Positions 60,919 through 64,000 of a stretch of 64,000 nt of DNA are shown in pieces. Every line of letters starts with the position of its first letter. Position 1 is the first letter of the stretch. Source of the stretch: an uncultured delta proteobacterium (GTDB lineage Bacteria > Myxococcota_A > Polyangia > Haliangiales > Haliangiaceae); assembly GCA_963764695.1 (NCBI GenBank), contig CAVXTW010000015.1, forward strand, positions 93,845-157,844, read 5' to 3'. The translations under genes were made by a program, and so were the position numbers. The notes below the pieces were generated by a model. The model made no database searches and had not been told where the DNA came from. It saw only the letters and a program-made list of their open reading frames with translations.

Positions 60919-62178
60919 ATGAACCCTCGTGTTATGGGTGGACGTATGAACACTGTCGCTCCACGTCTCGACAGCATCTCCGACGATGTTCTGCTCGCGC
61001 GTATCGCCGAGCTGGTCGGGCGCAGTCGTCGGGCCGAGGCTGAGCTGGTCTGGCACCTGGCCGAGGTGGACAGGCGACGGCTCTACCTTCGGGAGGCTTG
61101 TCCGTCGATGCACGTCTATGCGACGACGCGGCTGCATCTGTCGGACGCCGAGGCGTACCTGCGCATCACGGCGGCGCGGCTGTCGCGACGGTTCCCGATG
61201 GTGCTGGACATGCTGGCCGATGGCCGGCTGCACCTGAGCGCGATCGCGAAGCTGGCGCCGCATCTGCGCGAGGACAACGCCGAGGTGTTGCTCGGGCGGG
61301 CGGCTCGCCGATCGAAACGTGACATCGAGCTTCTCGTCGCCGAGCTGGCTCCGCGGCCGGATGTCCCTTCGCGCATGCGTCGCCTGCCCGATGCGCCGGC
61401 CGTGCGGGCCGCCGTCACTGCGGACGAGTTCCGTCCGGACGGAGTCTCCTGTCGCGAGGTTACGGACGTCGCGGCGTCCACCGAGCCGGGCGCGGTGACG
61501 GGCACAGCGCCGGCCCTCAACATCGCGTCACCGATGACAGACACGTCGCCACCGCGGGTCGCGGCGGCGGTGATGGCCCCGATCGCGCCATCTCGCTACA
61601 AGGTGCAGTTCACGGCGAGTGGCGAGCTTCACGACAAGGTCGAGCGGGCGCGGGGGCTGCTTCGCCGCCAGGTCCCGGACGGAGATCTCGCTGTCATCTT
61701 CGACCGGGCGATGACGCTCCTGGTGCGCAAGCTGGAGCGGGTTCGCTTCGCCGCGACGGAGACGCCGCGCAAGGCGGTGCACGAGGCCGACCCGACGCCG
61801 TCGTCGCGCAGGATTCCGGACCCTGTCAAGCGGGCCGTCTGGGCGCGTGACGAGGGGCGGTGCACCTTTCGCGATCGCAAGGGACAGCGCTGCCCGGCGC
61901 GCGAGCGGCTGGAGTTTCATCACCTCGTGCCATTCGCGCAGGGAGGCGATCACAGCCCGTCCAACGTCACGCTGCGCTGCGCCGGTCACAATGCGTATCA
62001 GGCGGTCCTCGACTTCGGCGCTGCCTTCATGGCCCGCAAGCGCCGTGGCGCTCGGGCCAGTGAGCGACGGCCGGCCTACCGGATTAGCCGGCCTCCTTGT
62101 CCCGGCAGTGCGTTCAGAACCTACTCGCCAATCTGGATCGTGCCGCGGGAAGCGATGCGGCTAGACGACTCGGCTTGA
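60919..62178 (+). CDS. DUF222-type HNH endonuclease domain protein
   Basis: C-terminal HNH (RCTFRDRKGQRCPARERLEFHHLVPFAQGGDHSPSNVTLRCAGHN). N-terminal DUF222-like helical region. ATG 60946 is an alternative start. Confidence 0.75.
   Translation: MNPRVMGGRMNTVAPRLDSISDDVLLARIAELVGRSRRAEAELVWHLAEVDRRRLYLREACPSMHVYATTRLHLSDAEAYLRITAARLSRRFPMVLDMLADGRLHLSAIAKLAPHLREDNAEVLLGRAARRSKRDIELLVAELAPRPDVPSRMRRLPDAPAVRAAVTADEFRPDGVSCREVTDVAASTEPGAVTGTAPALNIASPMTDTSPPRVAAAVMAPIAPSRYKVQFTASGELHDKVERARGLLRRQVPDGDLAVIFDRAMTLLVRKLERVRFAATETPRKAVHEADPTPSSRRIPDPVKRAVWARDEGRCTFRDRKGQRCPARERLEFHHLVPFAQGGDHSPSNVTLRCAGHNAYQAVLDFGAAFMARKRRGARASERRPAYRISRPPCPGSAFRTYSPIWIVPREAMRLDDSA
61441..61471. repeat. 31-bp direct repeat copy 2 (CCGTCCGGACGGAGTCTCCTGTCGCGAGGTT), inside the HNH gene
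   Basis: Encodes FRPDGVSCREV. The upstream intergenic copy would encode SRPDGVSYREV in frame. Confidence 0.6.
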
Positions 62179-62210
62179 CACTCACAGGTGGGCGGAGCTA
62201 GGGAGCGATC

Positions 62211-64000
62211 ATGCTCACCTCGATGCGCGCGTCGCTCGGTGTTGCCGTTGCGACGAGTTTGCTGGCCACGAATCTGGCCTGTACTGGTGATCTCGAAGAG
62301 GAGGACGGAGGCGAGAGTGCTCGGCAGGTCGTGACGCGCCCGGGTGACGGCGGGCGGCAACAGACCTTCGCCGATGCGGCGCGGGAGTTCGGGGTGCCCG
62401 AGAGTGTCCTGCTCGCGGTGTCGTATCTCGGGTCGCGGTGGGATGCGCACGCCGGGCAGCCGAGTCGCGCGGCCGGCTACGGGCCGATGCATCTCACGGA
62501 CGCGGCGTCTCTGGTGTCGCTGCCGCACCACAGCGACGGCACCGAGGACGCGCGCGGCGACGACGCGCGCCCCCTGCTTCCGCGGGTCGCGGATGCGAAA
62601 TCGCAGTCGCCGGCGCTCAACACGATCCAGCTGGCTGCCGAGCTGACCGGTATCGATCCGGCGACGCTGCGGGGCGACCCGGTGCAGAACATCCGCGGCG
62701 GGGCGGCGCTGCTCGCTCATCATCAGCGCGAGCTGACCGGTGCGCTCTCCGACGACCCGGCCGCGTGGTACGGCGCGGTCGCGCGCTACGGCGGCGCCGC
62801 CGAGGCCGGGGCGGCGCGGCAGTTCGCGGACGAGGTCTACTCCGTCATCGCCAGCGGCGCGGCGCGCACGACCGACGATGGACACTCGATCCACCTGGCG
62901 CCACATCAGGTCCGACCCGACACGGCGCAGCTCGATCGCCTCGGCCTGCGCGCCACCAACGATGACGTGGAGTGCCCGCACAGCCTCGGCTGCGAGTGGA
63001 TCCCGGCGCCCTACGAGGAATTCGGCGAGGGCGACTACGGCAACCACGATCTGGCCGACCGACCGCACAGCCAGAAGGTCCGCTACATCGTCATCCATGA
63101 CACCGAGACCGACTACGACACCACGCTGCAGCTGGTCCAGGATCCGACCTATGTGAGCTGGCAGTACACGCTGCGCTCCAGCGACGGGCACGTGGCGCAG
63201 CACGTGAAGGCGCGAGACGTCGCGTGGCACGCGGGCAACTGGTACATCAACGCAAAGGCGATCGGCCTCGAGCACGAGGGGTTCGCCGCCCAGGGCACCT
63301 GGTACACCGAGGCGATGTATCGCAGCTCGGCGAAGCTGGTGCGCTACCTGGCCAGGCGCCACGACATCCCGCTCGACCGCGACCACATCATCGGACACGA
63401 CAACGTGCCCGGCACGACGCCGGCCACGATTCCCGGCATGCACTGGGATCCGGGCCCGTACTGGGACTGGGATCATTACTTCGATCTGCTCGGCGCGCCG
63501 TTCTGCGCCACCGGCGGCCCGCACTCCGGCCTTGTCACGATCCGGCCCGACTTCGCCAGCAACCAGCCGGCGTTCTTCGGCTGCGACCCGGAGCAGCCGG
63601 GCGCGCTCTGTCCGCCGCGCGGGTCCACGTCCGTCATCCTGCGCGCCGAGCCGGATCACGACGCGCCGCTCCTTGCAGACATCGGCCTGCGCCCCGACGG
63701 CTCGCCCAGCACGATGCACGTGTCCGACATCGGCAGCCGCGTCGACACCGGCCAGCAGTTCGCGGTCGCGGATCGCAGCGGTGACTGGATCGCCATCTGG
63801 TACCTTGGACAGAAGGGCTGGTTCGAGAGCCCGCCCGACGCGCCGACCGCGCTGTGGGCGACCGGCTGGGTGGTGACGCCGAAGCCGGGCCTCGACGCGG
63901 TTCCGGTGTACGGCCGCGCCTATCCGGAAGCCGAGGCCTATCCCGAAGGCGTGCCGCCCCAGGCGATCGCCCCGCTGCCCTACCAGCTGCTCGCCGGGCA
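62211..64000 (+). CDS. N-acetylmuramoyl-L-alanine amidase (Amidase_2/PGRP-type) lipoprotein; 3' end runs off the window (partial)
   Basis: GGGAG SD. Lipoprotein signal (SLLATNLAC). Amidase_2 core (VRYIVIHDTE...WHAGNWYINAKAIGLEHEGF...IIGHDNVPG). I checked the frame by eye and it stays open to the window end. Confidence 0.75.
   Translation, partial: MLTSMRASLGVAVATSLLATNLACTGDLEEEDGGESARQVVTRPGDGGRQQTFADAAREFGVPESVLLAVSYLGSRWDAHAGQPSRAAGYGPMHLTDAASLVSLPHHSDGTEDARGDDARPLLPRVADAKSQSPALNTIQLAAELTGIDPATLRGDPVQNIRGGAALLAHHQRELTGALSDDPAAWYGAVARYGGAAEAGAARQFADEVYSVIASGAARTTDDGHSIHLAPHQVRPDTAQLDRLGLRATNDDVECPHSLGCEWIPAPYEEFGEGDYGNHDLADRPHSQKVRYIVIHDTETDYDTTLQLVQDPTYVSWQYTLRSSDGHVAQHVKARDVAWHAGNWYINAKAIGLEHEGFAAQGTWYTEAMYRSSAKLVRYLARRHDIPLDRDHIIGHDNVPGTTPATIPGMHWDPGPYWDWDHYFDLLGAPFCATGGPHSGLVTIRPDFASNQPAFFGCDPEQPGALCPPRGSTSVILRAEPDHDAPLLADIGLRPDGSPSTMHVSDIGSRVDTGQQFAVADRSGDWIAIWYLGQKGWFESPPDAPTALWATGWVVTPKPGLDAVPVYGRAYPEAEAYPEGVPPQAIAPLPYQLLAG

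Overview
A very high-GC (about 70%) chromosomal segment with hallmarks of a myxobacterial (Myxococcales-like) genome: three eukaryotic-like Ser/Thr kinases, a secreted protein carrying Cys-rich CxDG-type repeats plus a lamin-tail domain, and at least six lipoproteins with acidic low-complexity linkers. Coding density is high on both strands, and most long overlapping ORFs in the track are GC-rich shadow frames. I support about 45 genes. They include an OMF-MFP-RND efflux operon divergent from a histidine kinase + sigma54 (NtrC-type) regulator pair, a GNAT/PlsC-family/ureohydrolase operon, a Ser/Thr kinase fused to a TonB C-terminal domain next to a TonB-dependent receptor, an ArsR-SRPBCC-SRPBCC operon, a ~1490-aa SF1 (Upf1-like) helicase fused to a DUF559/Vsr-like PD-(D/E)xK nuclease domain, a LytS/LytTR system beside a small Cys-rich lipoprotein with CAGTTCC repeats, central-metabolism genes (phosphoglucomutase, malic enzyme, GMC oxidoreductase, prolyl oligopeptidase, SDR), a cysteine-dioxygenase-like cupin + NSS transporter pair, a DUF222-HNH gene and a partial Amidase_2 lipoprotein. 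No tRNA, rRNA, CRISPR array, integrase or transposase was recognised. The findings most worth follow-up are the helicase-nuclease giant protein as a candidate single-gene defence factor, the kinase-TonB fusion paired with a TonB-dependent receptor, an apparent one-base frameshift in a C5 run that splits a lipoprotein gene, and the LytTR-associated CAGTTCC repeat cluster. All calls rest on reading motifs in the translations by eye; no database search was possible.
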